This document shows positions 13,340 to 26,471 of a stretch of DNA of 64,000 nt, piece after piece. A program made the translations under genes and the position numbers. The DNA is taken from NCBI GenBank assembly GCA_951406725.2, contig OX597818.1, positions 38,254,001 through 38,318,000 of the forward strand, written 5' to 3'. Every line of letters begins with the position of its first letter. The stretch's first letter is position 1. Source of the DNA: Octopus vulgaris. Taxonomy: Eukaryota. The notes beneath the pieces were generated by a model, which did no database searches, was not told the origin of the DNA, and saw only the letters and a list, made by a program, of their open reading frames with translations.

Positions 13340-14815
13340 TTCAATATGAGCAAAATATAAAATCAAAGTGAATTACAAAATACATGAAAAAAAATTCATT
13401 GAGATGTTAAGTTTCAAGCGCTCCAATATTACAATCCAAAGAAACGCAGTATTACAAAACCTACGATCGTTTCGAAGAGTCGTTTGTATTGGGTGAGTTT
13501 TCAAACCGATACAAATAGTCACATTTCTCTCATCAGAGGTACAAATAAATCGATTAAAATAGTTTAAAAATTGAGAAAGCTTAAGATATCTCCTACTTAC
13601 AGAACTTAAAGTCATATGAAGTATATATATTTTTGGAATGTTATAGTATTTTTTTAAAAAGGATATAGAAAAGCTTTGTGAAGTGAAACATTTGTGCGAA
13701 TGAAAATGAAATTAAAAACATATGTAAAATAAAATAAAATAAAATGAGGACTCATCTTTCGGGTTAAGACAGTTGGTCTACTGATAGTTAAAGATAGTAT
13801 AAATGCAGAATGTTATTGAGAACGGTCTAAAAATTCACTGATATTTGTGATTTACAATTCACAAAGATCGTTAACTTGCAACTTATATACAGAAGGTTAA
13901 TAATAATAGGCTCGAATGCGACGCTAAGCTCATGAATTACTTAGATGCCAAAGTATAAAGAATTTTACGCTTAAACTTTAAGTTGATCAAATCTAACCAA
14001 AGTGGAGGAAATTATTATTTTATTAAGGTATTATTATGTTCATAAATCGGTTTCTATCCTTTCTACTTTAAAAAAAAATTAATTGTAGCTAAATATTTAT
14101 GCCTATATGCAATTATAATATCCAATATTTTTTTAATTAGAATTTTCTTCTCTGTGCGAAGTATACTAGCTGCTTCCTTCGTACATAACTTACCCCGTCC
14201 AGTATACGTTTTATAAGGGGTGGTTTCTGTTATGATCGACCAGTCTAATCTAAATTCGTTATCTCGCATTTTTAGTTTGTTAATATATGTAGCCAGCGTT
14301 GTTGCGTATTTTGTTCCTGGGTTCGAGAATGAGCTGATGTTTCCTCTATATCCTGTTTTGAAATCCGTGGTACTTCCTATATATACTGTCCTAGGTTGAT
14401 TAGAGGTTATGACCTCAGTCTTGTATACCACGTTTTTCCTTAGAGAGGAACCTCCAATGGACATGGATTGCAGTTTCGACAATTGCATGCTTTTTTTTTC
14501 TGTTGCTCACCCCTGTGTTTTCTTTATCTATGTTATTATTAATCCTACACGTATTGGGGGCTACCCATATTCCCGTTACTCCCAAGCTTGAATCTATCGT
14601 TCCCTGCGATTATCGATCCTAAATTAGGCGTAGTTGAGTATGAAAGTTTTAGACAGGATCTATTAAAGATAGAGCAGTATTTATGGCCCACAGGGAAATT
14701 CTTATCGACGATATTAAAAAATATCTTTGGGAGATTTTTAACCTGCAGAGAAAAGGGGGCGGTTAAACCATATAATTTCCTGTTTTCTCGCATTCCTACG
14801 GCCAGTTTGCCGCTG
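13340..14815 (-). mobile_element. 5'-truncated Penelope-like element (linker + GIY-YIG + HHR pLTR)
   Basis: APFS..V..IFFNIVDKNFP.GHKY..IFNR..LKLSYSTTPN; NVVYK..VYIGSTTDFK; LDWSI; YRHK. Confidence 0.9.
13459..13540 (-). ncRNA. Hammerhead ribozyme motif with extended helix II
   Basis: Minus: acc-u-CUGAUGA-GAG..uauuuguaucgg/ccaauacaaac..UUC-GAAA-CGAUCG-UA-ggu; ACGAUCGU palindromic helix III. Confidence 0.85.
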
Positions 14816-15089
14816 TTTGTTATTATTATTGTTGTTGTTGTTGTTGTTGTCATCATCATCATTATCATCATCATCAAGTTCTGATCTTTGTGTACCTTAA
14901 AATGTTTTTTGAGGCCTCCGTTAGATTTGCAGACCTTATAGCATACACGGCATTGTAAGGTATGCATAGATAAATAGGCAGAGTAGTTAGTGGAGTTTCG
15001 TTTTTCATGGATTCGCAAATGAGATATTAAACCCAGCGAAAGAAAGGCATAAATATTCATAGTGCCGCCACCCCTGACATGCCCTCACC

Positions 15090-15432
15090 TACTCAAGTAG
15101 ACATCCTTGCTAGCTATGCAGACGATACCAAAGTCTATCAGAGGATATAGGACGCTGGAGACGTCCTGTATCTTCAAGGTAAGTTGGACGCAATATACAG
15201 ATGGGCTGAAGAAAATAAAATGTAGTTTAATGCTGGAAAATTCCAAGCCCTGCGCTACCAACTCAGGAAGCTCAATGAAAACCAGAGAGGATACACTGGC
15301 GGGGTTTCAAATCCTGAACCAAAATCAGTGCGTGACCTGGGCATCGACATGAATAATGATGCATCTTTCCAGGTGCACATTACCAAGTTAGTAATAAAAT
15401 GCAGACGTTTGGCCGGATGGTTCCTTAAAAAT
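15090..15432 (+). mobile_element. CR1/L2-like RT fragment
   Basis: YADDTK, IYRWAEENKM.FN..K, RDLGIDM..SF..HI..C..LAGW. Confidence 0.75.
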
Positions 15433-15504
15433 TTCAAAACAACATATATATATATGTATATATATATGCGACGGGCTTCTTTCAGTTTCCGTCTACCAAA
15501 TCCA

Positions 15505-15539
<35 letters not shown>

Positions 15540-15540
<1 letters not shown>

Positions 15541-15848
15541 AAGAGCTGTTCTTCACTCCTGCTCCAGAGTGTCGGCTGCGGGGTCACTCCGAAAAGCTCT
15601 ATCTGCGACGATTTAATCTCAATCGAGGGAGAGGGGCTTTCTCCGTCCGGGTTGCGGATCCGTGGAATAAGCTGCCGGACGAGATAGTGAAGATACCGAC
15701 GACCGCTCGGTTCAAAGTCTCTCTTGACCAGAAATGGCGTGAACTCTTTGCATGAACACCCTCCCTCTACATAACTCCATGTCCCCCTACATGGCCTTGC
15801 TTTTTGCTTTTTGAGCCAAAAAATTAACTTAACTTATCTTGACTTAAC
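15540..15848 (+). mobile_element. CR1/L2-like LINE 3' end (family of 29277 and 38225)
   Basis: ELFF.PAPE.RLRGHSEKLY..; shared 3' UTR ccatgtccccctacatggccttgc. Confidence 0.85.
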
Positions 15849-15880
15849 ACACACACATACACATACATATATGTATAAAA

Positions 15881-16240
15881 GAATTACACCATGGAAGGTG
15901 TTTATAAGCCATTTAAAAAAACATACAAAAACTGTTAGATTCACTTCAACATTTAAATTTAATTTGTGTCAAGATATTTTCGTTGCTTTGAAACCGCGAC
16001 CTGTTCATTAACAAAATTTCGTTCTGCATCTCAGTTTTTGTCAGTGAACGAGTTGCGGTTTCAAAGCGACGAAAATATTTTGACACAAATTAAATTTCAA
16101 TGTTGAAGTGAATATAACGGTTTTTGTGTGGGGCGGGGGGGGTTAAATGGGTTATAAATACCTTCTGCGCTGCAATTGTTTTCTTTTTTCAGCACACGAT
16201 TTCAGATCAAGTCACTTGCTATGCAAGTACATCTCCTTAA
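15881..16240. mobile_element. Fold-back hairpin element with HHR-like cores and one-sided tail
   Basis: Arms 15881-16016 / 16036-16178; tail 16179-16240 (ttcagcacacga..ttgc). Confidence 0.8.
16036..16089 (+). ncRNA. Variant hammerhead motif with G3-C8 core (mirror copy 15963-16016 minus)
   Basis: Helix I ugUCA/UGAca, GUGAAC 16044-16049, helix II GUUGC/GCGAC, GAAA 16071-16074, AAUAUU palindromic helix III. Confidence 0.6.
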
Positions 16241-16256
16241 TATATAAATATATAGC

Positions 16257-16628
16257 ATGGTACTTTATCGGTTACAACGACGAGGGTTCCGGTTGATCCG
16301 ATCAACGGAACAGCCTGCTCGTGAAATTAATGTGCAAGTGGTTGAACACTCCACAGACACGTGTAGCCTTAACGTAGCTTTCGGGGAGATTCAGCGTGAC
16401 ACAGAGTGTGACAAGGCTGACCCTTTGAAATACAGGTACAACAGAAACGGGAAGAAAGAGTTGTGGTGAAAAAGAGTACAGTAGGGTTCACCACCACCCC
16501 TTGCCGGAGCCTCGAGGGAATTTAGGTGTTTTCGCTCTATAAACACTCACAACGCCCAGTCTACGAATCGAAACCGCGATCCTACGACCGCGAGTCCGCT
16601 ACCCCAACCACTGGGCCATTGCGCCTCC
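16257..16628 (-). mobile_element. tRNA-derived SINE (family C head, different tail)
   Basis: Reverse complement starts ggaggcgcaatggcccagtggttggggtagcggactcgc, as at 3736. Confidence 0.85.
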
Positions 16629-16699
16629 ACACACACACGTATGTGTGTGTGTATGTATGTATGTATGTATGTATGTATGTATGTATGTATGTATGTATG

Positions 16700-16730
<31 letters not shown>

Positions 16731-16883
16731 TGTTTTAGCTGCCAATTCTGTACAAGACATTGTAGATCTCTAGCTGGGCTAAAAAGTCACATTCGATCAC
16801 AGCACCAATAACAGTTAAGCTTCGTGCAATGGCCATATTCGATAACGAGGAGGCAGCCATCATGTAATGTATATGTGTGTGTA

Positions 16884-16915
<32 letters not shown>

Positions 16916-17087
16916 GGTTATAAAATGAGATAGGGGTTGAAAATTCAACCCACCATGGGATAATATATATCCAATATACTGCTAGATAGGTACCCAACAA
17001 AAATTAATACATAGATGTTAGAAATTGTCAAGCAATCAGTTCATCTATTGTATTAAATGGGTAAGGGTAATAATATTACCGTTTGTA

Positions 17088-17147
<60 letters not shown>

Positions 17148-17169
17148 GTGTGTGTAGAGAGAGAGAGAG

Positions 17170-17381
17170 GGGGGGGTAAAAAGTTTCTGGCTTTAAGGGT
17201 GTCGCGAAAGGCCAGGCTGGAGGCCCTAACTTCCGAGTTCTTTTACAGGGCTTAGAAAAACTGAAGGCCACTGCAATATGTGTGTGAATCTGAGGGGAGA
17301 ATATGTTGACTAAAATCATTATTAACTGATCCTCCTGTGTTTTTTTTTACCCAAAACTATGAACTTTTCAGCGCCCTTCGT
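17170..17381. mobile_element. Tc1/mariner-derived MITE (copies at 44175-44387 and 44660-45042)
   Basis: TIR-like gagggg..aaaagtt / aacttttcagc.ccctc-TA; shared internal gggcttagaaaaactgaagg. Confidence 0.65.
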
Positions 17382-17764
17382 ATATATTCACTCACGCAAA
17401 CACACATACGCACACAGACACACACACAAACTTCAAAAGTGTTTGTGTACATATATGTAATCACTACTTTTGTGCGTGCGTGTATGTATTTACACATACT
17501 GTATAATAGTTTAAATTATACATGTTATCGGCGGAGAGAAAGTAACCACATGACATTCTCATATACTCGTGACTATGCTAAGTGTCATAGAACAAACAAA
17601 CTAGATTTCTTTATCTTAAGGCTTATACTTAACTCTATTTTTGGCTTTATCAAGCCGTCTCTTGGTCATAAGTCTTTGTTAACTTGGATGGACGCATATT
17701 TTTGTCGCTGAATAGATATATAACATTTAAAAGAGATCTATGAGAAATTTGGTATAGATAAGAT

Positions 17765-17855
17765 CCGGGCTACATATATTTCATAGCGAGCGCAACCTCA
17801 GAGGTGGTAAATATCTAGGCGAGGTGTATATTGCAGGCTACTCTTCAGGCCAAGG
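17765..17855 (-). ncRNA. Hammerhead ribozyme motif in a fold-back pLTR-like repeat (about 17720-18110)
   Basis: Minus: GGC-CUGAAGA-GUAGC..GCUAU-GAAA-UAUAUG-UA-GCC; opposite arm starts at the ACAUAUGU palindrome (about 17865). Confidence 0.75.
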
Positions 17856-18160
17856 ATATTTAACACATATGTAGCCCGGACCTTATCAACTCCATTCTAT
17901 AACTCTTGTTTTCTTATTAATACACCCGGCAACCCAAGTCGCCGACCGTGAAATATAAAAAGAACTTTTTTTCAGTTTGTCCTACATCGATACGAAAATA
18001 ATACACTACATTCTGTCTCAATAAACTACTATTGTCCCCGAAAGTTGCTTTTTCTATATTAACTACGGATTGCTTGAAGCTAACTTTCTTCAACACCTCA
18101 ATCCCTGGATCTTACACACACATATATATGTATATATATATATGTGTGTGTGTGTGTATT

Positions 18161-18238
<78 letters not shown>

Positions 18239-18261
18239 GCGGAAGGCTGACTTATACGATT

Positions 18262-18398
18262 ACTTAGGTTTCCCGTCCGTAAAGGGGTCTGACGATACGC
18301 CATAAAGCTAAACCCCTTATGGACAGGGAACCTAAGGTGATCCCATAAACCGGCCTTCCCCCAGAGTGTGCTTCTCTGGATTTATGTTTTCTACAAAC

Positions 18399-18401
<3 letters not shown>
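18262..18401 (+). mobile_element. PLE pLTR fragment with degenerate HHR (family of 1772 and 4918), short inverted 5' piece
   Basis: CUGACGA..CCAUAAAG/CCUUAUGG..GGAA-CCUAAGG-UG; tail identical to 1772-1810 minus. Confidence 0.75.
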
Positions 18402-18472
<71 letters not shown>

Positions 18473-18527
18473 CACATACATACATACATACATATATTTA
18501 TACATACATACATATATATTCTTTCTT

Positions 18528-18697
18528 TTTTCCTTTACTCGTTTCAGTCATTTGACTGCGGCCATGCTGGAGCAAATCGACCCCAGAGCTTATTCTGTGT
18601 AAGCGGTCTATTTTGCCGAGCCGCTAAGTTACGGGAACGTAAACACACCAACAGCGGTTGTCAAGCGACGATGGGGGACAAACACAAACACACACGC
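18528..18697 (-). mobile_element. SINE family A, 3' half
   Basis: gtttcagtcatttgactgcggccatgctggagca... Confidence 0.8.
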
Positions 18698-19036
18698 AAG
18701 AAAAATTCAAATACATATATGAATTACATATTTGAATATTATTTGAATCTTTCTTGTTATATATCAAATTTAAACACAGGCATTTTTATTCTGATGTTTA
18801 ATTTTATTTCTCACATTCTGTATTTGACATATACTTGATTTTACATGAATGATATATATACTAATTCATATTTATAATGTATAATTTTAAAATTTTAATT
18901 CTTAATATTACAAAGTATAAGTTTTATTCTTAATTTTTATTCTTAATTTCTAATTCGTAATTTTTAATCTTTAATGCTTAATTATATTGCTTATTTTTAA
19001 AGGGATATAAAATTAGATATATATTATTTTGAAATA

Positions 19037-19170
19037 GAACCTGAAGATTATTTGGAATAATTGTAAATTTGACGATTGCAAATATGTATTTGTATATGTA
19101 TATATATATAGGTATACAGTTGTGTATATGTACATATATTGTAATCTTCCAATACTGAAACACGTAGTTC
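19037..19170 (+). ncRNA. Hammerhead motif with about 110-nt helix II insertion in AT-rich PLE-like 3' region (about 18700-19355)
   Basis: Helix I gaac/guuc, CUGAAGA 19041-19047, uauuuggaa/uuccaaua, GAAA 19157-19160, CACG, UA. Confidence 0.65.
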
Positions 19171-19374
19171 CTTCATATTTAATAAATATATGTATTAACT
19201 AAAGTATGATATAATTAATGAAGTATATTATATAGCTGGTAATCTAGATTATATCCTTTAAGTGTTATTTCATGATGTGCAAACTGATACCATGAGTTTA
19301 CTGTCAGATATACCCGGTTATCGATTAATCTCCAGAAATTGAATACTGACTTATATCAGATATTTTGTATATTT

Positions 19375-19768
19375 TCTTTTATTCTTTTATTTGTTTCAAT
19401 CGTTTGACTGCAGCCATGCTGGAGCACCGCCTTTAGTCGAGCAGTTCGACCCCAGGACTTATACTTTGTAAGCCTAGTCCTTATTCTATCGGTCTTTCTT
19501 GTCGAACTGCTAAGTGACGGGGACGCAAACACACCAGCATCGGTTATCAAGCGATGTTGGGGGGACAAACATACACACAAACATACACACACACACACAC
19601 ACATATATATATGACGGGCTTCTTTCAGTTTCCGTCTACCAAATCCACTCACAAGGCTTTGGTCGGCCCGAGGCTATAGTAGAAGACACTTGCCCAAGGT
19701 GCCACGCAGTGGGACTGAACCCGGAACCATGTGGTTGGTAAGCAAGCTTCTTACCACACACCCACTCT
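19375..19768 (-). mobile_element. SINE family A, near full length
   Basis: Reverse complement of the family A consensus. Confidence 0.9.
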
Positions 19769-19862
19769 ATATAAATATACGTTAAATAAGACCAAAGTAC
19801 GATATGTAGATGCATATAACGGTGTAGGGTTACACCTGATTGATTTGGAATTTTGTTTTCAC

Positions 19863-19908
<46 letters not shown>

Positions 19909-19915
<7 letters not shown>

Positions 19916-20510
19916 ATATTTCGGAATGGTCATTTTGCCAGTTTAGCCAATAAAAACACACGCACTATATATTTGGTGTTATTTTGCTTCAGTGTTATTT
20001 ATTTTTTACATTAATCTTAATCTTATTTCGGCCAGAGTTCTTTCGTCACACTCCTGTGACCGCATCAGTGGTCCTTTGTTTTCTTCTTTCTTATTTGTGT
20101 CTCTTCTTATTAACCGTCAGCCATTTAAGGGATAAGAATATCCGTTCTTACTACCGGTATCAATTACCTATGTTAACCCTGGGCATGGGTATGCAAGCAC
20201 ACTATGCTCATGGGGTACAGGTAATAACAAAATAAATGGCTGACGGTTAGTAAGGAGAGACACAAATAAGAAAGAAGAAAACAAAGGACCACTGATGCGG
20301 TCACAGGAGTGTGACGAAAGAACTCTGGCCGAAATAAGATTAAGATTAATGTAAAAAATAAATAACACTGAAGCAAAATAACACCAAATATATAGTGCGT
20401 GTGTTTTTATTGGCTAAACTGGCAAAATGACCATTCCGAAATATAACAATATCTGTTTCAACACACGACTTCACATAAAAAATATTGCACAACAAATATT
20501 TAAACGTACT
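19909..20510. mobile_element. Fold-back hairpin element (about 218-bp arms) with two HHR-like motifs and a tail, in (TA)n
   Basis: Arms 19909-20127 / 20233-20451 nearly identical; tail 20452-20510 (ttcaacacacga..ttgc). Confidence 0.9.
20286..20330 (+). ncRNA. Minimal hammerhead motif, CUGAUGC variant (mirror copy 20030-20074 minus)
   Basis: GGACCA-CUGAUGC-G-GUCACA-GGAG-UGUGAC-GAAA-GAAC-UC-UGGCC. Confidence 0.7.
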
Positions 20511-20529
20511 ATATATATATATATATATA

Positions 20530-21088
20530 AGTAAATAGCGTTAGCGGTTGGAATAACCATTTAAGGGATAAGAATATCCGTTCTAACTACCGGTATCAAT
20601 TACCTATGTTAACCCTGGGCATGGGTATGCAAGCACACTATGCTCATAGGGTACAGGTAATAACAGAATAAAGAAGAGTTTATCAGGAAATAAATTTAAA
20701 ATAAGCAGAAAATGGAGAAAACTTTTAATCAACAAAGAAATTGACCACCATTGATTAATTATTTTTAAAACAAAACTTTAACATCGCTTACAGCCGTTTC
20801 AGCAACCGATGTCAGTCGTTGCCTCCAAAGAAAATTATGAGAATTATATTCGTCATCTTTATACTACATCTAATCTAGTACATGGAACTTTATCAGAGTG
20901 AATACAAATACATAAAATATAAGAAGATAGAAGAGGAAAGAAGAGGGCCTCATTTTTCTTTCGAGGCACTGACTGATATTGGTAGCTGAAACGGCTGTAA
21001 GCAATGTTAAAGTTTTGTATTAAAAAAATAATTAACCGATGGTGGTCAATTTGTTTATTCATCAAAAGTTTTCTCCATTTTCTGCTTA

Positions 21089-21091
<3 letters not shown>
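20530..21091. mobile_element. Fold-back pLTR-like element with degenerate HHR 3' halves
   Basis: Arms about 20698-20845 / 20948-21091, both with CUGAYA..GAAAC-GGCU-GUA; tail 20530-20697. Confidence 0.7.
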
Positions 21092-21160
<69 letters not shown>

Positions 21161-21349
21161 TAATCAGACGTTCATGAATTTGCCTCTAGTATCCAACGAA
21201 GAACAATATTCGAAAGGTAAATTTTATTCTATAACTTTTACACCCTCTTTGAGCATCAACGTAATAATATTAACCTTCTACTATTCTGTTTTTAGTTGTT
21301 TGCTGTGTATATTTGCTTTAATATATATGTACATCCATCCATCCATCTA

Positions 21350-21882
21350 TACATGGTGGCTGCCCCCTCGTTATCGAGTATGGCCATTGCACGAAGCTTA
21401 ATCAATGTTGTTATCGAGCAATGCCTGTGCAAGAAAATTTTTTTTTAAGTGAGGAAAGGCTGTCCACTCACTAAGCAACAGCAGCCATAATCCGAAAAGA
21501 AGAACAAGTCAACATCATCGGTAGCCACTGAGCCACAGGTTTTATGTTAGAGTTATCCCAGTTACCTGAGTTACCTTCTCCTAGAAGGATGCCCTAACAA
21601 AGGCTAGGAGTCCTTCACTCCCAATGGTTTAACCGCGCGATCGCGTATTCAGTCCGATTATTTCTATGTCCCCGCGCATGATACAGCCTTAAGGCATTTA
21701 TTGGATGGCCGTTGACTCTCGAGAGTTCCTCCGCCCTTTGACGGATTTTGTTTTTCATCCCGCAGGGTGTCCAATAAACACCCTCCTCACAAAGCAAGCT
21801 TGGTGGGGTTGCCGGTTTAGTCGCCGACGACCTGACCATGTACTGGGTTACATGTTACCAGTAGCACTCGAAAGTGACCTGA
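21350..21882 (-). mobile_element. Probable bipartite non-autonomous RTE-derived element
   Basis: Minus strand has ctaggagaaggtaactc (RTE 5'UTR-like) and 3' end gtgcaatggccatactcgataacgagg, also seen at 16818-16863. Confidence 0.45.
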
Positions 21883-22492
21883 CACATACATACATACGTG
21901 TTAGTGTGTGTGTGAGAGAGAGAAAGAGAGATGTGAAATAGTGGAACAGTATATTATCTGAGAAAAAAATTAAGAAAATTATTTAAGAAACTGAGAAAAC
22001 GTCTTAAATGTTTTAGTACAAGCATAGAAGTATAAAAGATTTTCAGTTTCTATATTAAAACATATTTGTCTGATCATTTCCGAAACACATAAAATAAAAT
22101 AAATATTTTAACTAAAGTATAAATGTTCAGATTTATTTATGTAGGTGAAAAATATTACTGCATGATATTCCATGAGACGAAAATGTGTTTTAATATATAA
22201 ACAGGCAGAACTTTCTTACACTGTAATAATTCTCAATAATTCTCAAAGATTTTCTCACGGAACTTGTCAATTAATACATGCTTTCACTATCTCACATGAC
22301 TAAATATATAATCTCGTGACAGATGTCTCAATAATTAAACACTTGCATATGTCTTTGGACGACAGCCCATAGATTCACGAACAACAAAAGCACATTTACT
22401 GTAACATACGTATACTGTACATTACACACACACACACACACACACACATACACACACACATACATACATACATACATACATACATACATACA

Positions 22493-22550
<58 letters not shown>

Positions 22551-22590
22551 CATACATACATACATATATATATATAGCTAATCATCTGAG

Positions 22591-22944
22591 GGCGCACATG
22601 GCGGAGACGTAAACGGACCCCTCCCCCACTGTTTTTTTACGGAATCCCACGTTTTCGATTAGGGAGATTTTATGGAAATACTGTGACAAAGGGAAATTGT
22701 TTTTCTCCTTTGTGGATAGCCTGCTTAGAATCGGGAGGGGTTGGGGTAATTTTTCTTTTTTTAATTTACAATTTTTTCTCCGTATTTTTCTAAGTATTTT
22801 GAAAAAAAAAATTTAAATAGGGGAATTGGTGGGGGGGGGGGTGAACTTAGAAAACTTTTGGGCGATTTTTGAAAATTTTTTCAGAATCGGAATTTCCATC
22901 GCTGAAATTTTTTTTTTAAGGTTTACGTCTCCGCCATGTGCGCC
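22591..22944. mobile_element. MITE with perfect 24-bp TIRs
   Basis: ggcgcacatggcggagacgtaaac (22591-22614) / gtttacgtctccgccatgtgcgcc (22921-22944). Confidence 0.75.
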
Positions 22945-23386
22945 GAATAAATATGAAAACTGAAAAATTTAACCATCTTATTGAATCTGATAACATTTTT
23001 ATAATAAATCATACCATGCCTTTACAAATTACAATTTTCTCAAGAAAGCCAAGAGAAAAAAAATGTTTTATTTTGACACATTTTACCTGTATACGAAGTT
23101 TAAAAGTGTTTAGTTAACTAGAAATTGTGTTGAAAACTGCCGTTCAAAAGGAAAAGATCCCAAACGTCAACAAACGTGTTGAAGTATTGAATCAAAAGGA
23201 TCTAACTTTTTAATCCAATCTCTTGTCGCTACATTAACTCGATTTTTTTTAGTGGGGAGATAACCCAATTTTTTAATGGGGGTGAGTGTGAAACCGATTT
23301 TTAAGATCACCTGTAATGGATACATATACATAATACTGTGCACTATGATTAATGTGTTGTGCGCACACGTACGTGTGTGCGTGCAT

Positions 23387-23457
<71 letters not shown>

Positions 23458-23661
23458 TATATATACATACATATACATATATAAAATATGTGTGTGGATG
23501 TATATATATATATGTGTGTAGTAAATATATATATGCGTGTGTGTCTATATATATATATAATGTGTGTGTATGTATATGTATATGGAGTGTATATATATGC
23601 GTGTGTGTGTATATATATATATATATATGTATATGGGGAGGGGTATGTATATGTATGTGTA

Positions 23662-23699
<38 letters not shown>

Positions 23700-23955
23700 C
23701 TACTACATATGCGGGAAATTCTATCTGTGGGTATGTTTGTGGAGTTGTTAACTAACTCCTACAAATGTTTTATCGAATTTCATGAAACTTGACATGTGAG
23801 TGGAACTCATGTCTGGAAACCTCATAGCATACTCAGATTGTTGAAAAAAAAAATCGATAATAGGGCCCCTGAAAGGGATCCTTATATATATCTAATATAT
23901 TTTATTTTAAAAACCAAGGGAAATAACCCATTCGCCCCTTATATATATGTATGTA

Positions 23956-23989
<34 letters not shown>

Positions 23990-23990
<1 letters not shown>

Positions 23991-24213
23991 GTGTGTCTTT
24001 GTGTCTATGTTTGTTTCCCCACACTACTTGATAACTGTCGCTGGTGTGTTTGCATCCCTGTGACTTAGTGGTTCGGCAAAAGTAACTGATAGAATAAGTA
24101 CCGGGAATAAATAAGAAGAGAAGTACTGAGGTTGATTCATTTGATTCAAAATTCAAGGCAGTGCCCCAGCTTGGCCACAGTCTAATGACTGAAACAAATG
24201 AAAGATGAAAGAT
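23990..24213 (+). mobile_element. SINE family A, 3' half (diverged)
   Basis: cttagtggttcggcaaaag..ggccacagtctaatgactgaaacaa. Confidence 0.75.
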
Positions 24214-24281
24214 ATACATGTAGCTTGCTTATAATATGCCCCCATTATAAAACATGGAAATAAAAACAAGGAAAAGATAAT

Positions 24282-24317
<36 letters not shown>

Positions 24318-24320
<3 letters not shown>

Positions 24321-25839
24321 AAATATTAGGGAATAAATCCAAACTTACAGGGAAAAATCATGTCTGGAAATAAACATGCTCCTTATTACAATGAGGCCCT
24401 TAGAGAGGCAGGTTATAATAGTAATATTAAATTTTTTATTAAAAATAAAGATAAAGATATAACTAATAATATTAGAGATAAAAATATTAATAATAATTAT
24501 AATAATTTTGTTAGTAATAGTGGAAATAATATTAGAAATTATAAAAATAAAAATAATATAAATAAAAATAAGAATAAAAATAAAATTAATAACTTTAATA
24601 ATTCTTTAAATATTAATTATAAATATAAATCTGATAATAATAATATTAATATGATAAAGAAATATAATAATAACAATAATAATGACAGTTTTAATAATAA
24701 GAAGGAAAATAAGAATAAAATTTGGTTAATAGTTCCTTATGGTGCTCAAGTTAAAACGAACATTATTAAAGAGATTTTAGATATTATTGAACAATTTATT
24801 CAAGATAATCGTAAATATAAAAACATTTTCTGTAGTAATAATTTTGGAGTAGGTTATTCCACCACTAATAGTGTAGGTAACATTATTTCTTCTTTTAACA
24901 AATTTAAACTGAATAATTTTTATAAAAATAAATTATATAATAATACCAATAATAAAGACAAGACACTAATTAACTGTACATGTAGAGATAAAACTAAATG
25001 TAAATTAAATAATAAATGTGATATTAACGATGTAGTGTATAAATGTATAGTTACATTACATGATAAGAATAATAAGAATAATAATAACTCAAACGCGTTA
25101 TATATAGGGTCCACTTCCTCTAAAATAAAATTAAGAATCGCACATGTGAATTCATTTAAAAATAAAAACTTAATTAACTCCACTGGACTTAGCAAGTACA
25201 TTTAGAGACTTAAATCCCAAAATATTAATTATAATTTATCTTGGGAAATAGTAAGTAAAACTAAATCATATACTATAGGAGCGAATTTTTGTTATTTATG
25301 TTCTAATGAGTTTAAGGAAATTTTACTTTATAAGCATGATAATTTACTGAATACCTGTGATGAGCGCAAAATAAAATGCAGACACAAGTTACTTTACTTA
25401 TATAATAAATTTCTTGATAAATAATGATTATTTCTTAGCCTTAATTAGCTCCCTATTTGTTGTTTTATGTAATAGTATTATAAATATACCAGGTGATTTA
25501 TTATATTAGTTTATTTTAGTTATTTAGGTTCTGTTTTTAATTATAGTTAGATTATAGATGGTTGTTCATTTTATTACTAAATATTTTATTACTAAATATA
25601 TTTTTAATAAATATTTAATGGTTTATTGAATATAGAGTCTGATATGTAAACCACCTGAAGAATGACTGTAACTCGAAATTTTAAGAATTGAACTGCCATG
25701 AAACGATCGTAGTGTTATATTAATTATCTCTTTTAATAATTTTGATATATATTTAAATAATATAAATTAATTAATCTTATGTATTGGCTTAAGTTTTTCA
25801 TTGTATGATTTGCCTAATAGTGGTTTTATCTCTAATTTA

Positions 25840-25845
<6 letters not shown>
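24318..25845 (+). mobile_element. 5'-truncated Penelope-like element with inverted tail at its 5' junction
   Basis: APYYNEALREAGY, KIWL.VPY, CTCR..C.L...C, DVVYKC..LYIGST, LSKY, C.LC..E, CRHK; 24318-24360 is the reverse complement of the family tail; flanked by (TA)n. Confidence 0.92.
25649..25716 (+). ncRNA. Hammerhead ribozyme motif in PLE pLTR
   Basis: cac-CUGAAGA (25655-25661)-AUG..CAU-GAAA (25700-25703)-CGAUCG-UA-gug. Confidence 0.85.
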
Positions 25846-25896
<51 letters not shown>

Positions 25897-26254
25897 CTTT
25901 GTTCCTTTATACTTTTATTCTTATATATATATATATATATACTTTGGTTTGGTGTAAAGTTATATAAGTGACTCAAGGGTCAAGAGTTTTTTACATTTCC
26001 CTTATCAAACTTCGATGAGTACAATGTATGAAATTCTCAGCCTTTGGATTACATAATTTACAACTGAATCGTACATACAGACATATGAGTGTGTGTGTGT
26101 GAGTGTGTGCCTTATACACATAATGTATATTTTGGCTTACATATATACATACATAAAAAACAGAAATACCCTATTGTTGATGTTGAATCTAGGATAGAAA
26201 CTAGCTCTTTCTCTATTGGCAAGAAATCTTGAAATAGAACGGACCACATACATA

Positions 26255-26405
26255 CATGCCTGTGTGGCAAGAATATTGCTTCCCAAGCACATGGTTCCAG
26301 ATTTAGTTCCAGTGCATGGCACCGTGAGCAAGTGTCTTCTATTATAGCCTTGGGCTGACCAAAGCCTTGTGAGTGGATTTGAGAGACAGAAACTGAAAGA
26401 ATCCC

Positions 26406-26471
<66 letters not shown>

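Noticed and set aside
14880-14965. C2H2 zinc-finger-like CRVC..KSNGGLKKH..VH on the minus strand as a host gene
   Set aside because: Isolated, abuts an (ATG)n tail; more consistent with a LINE C-terminal remnant
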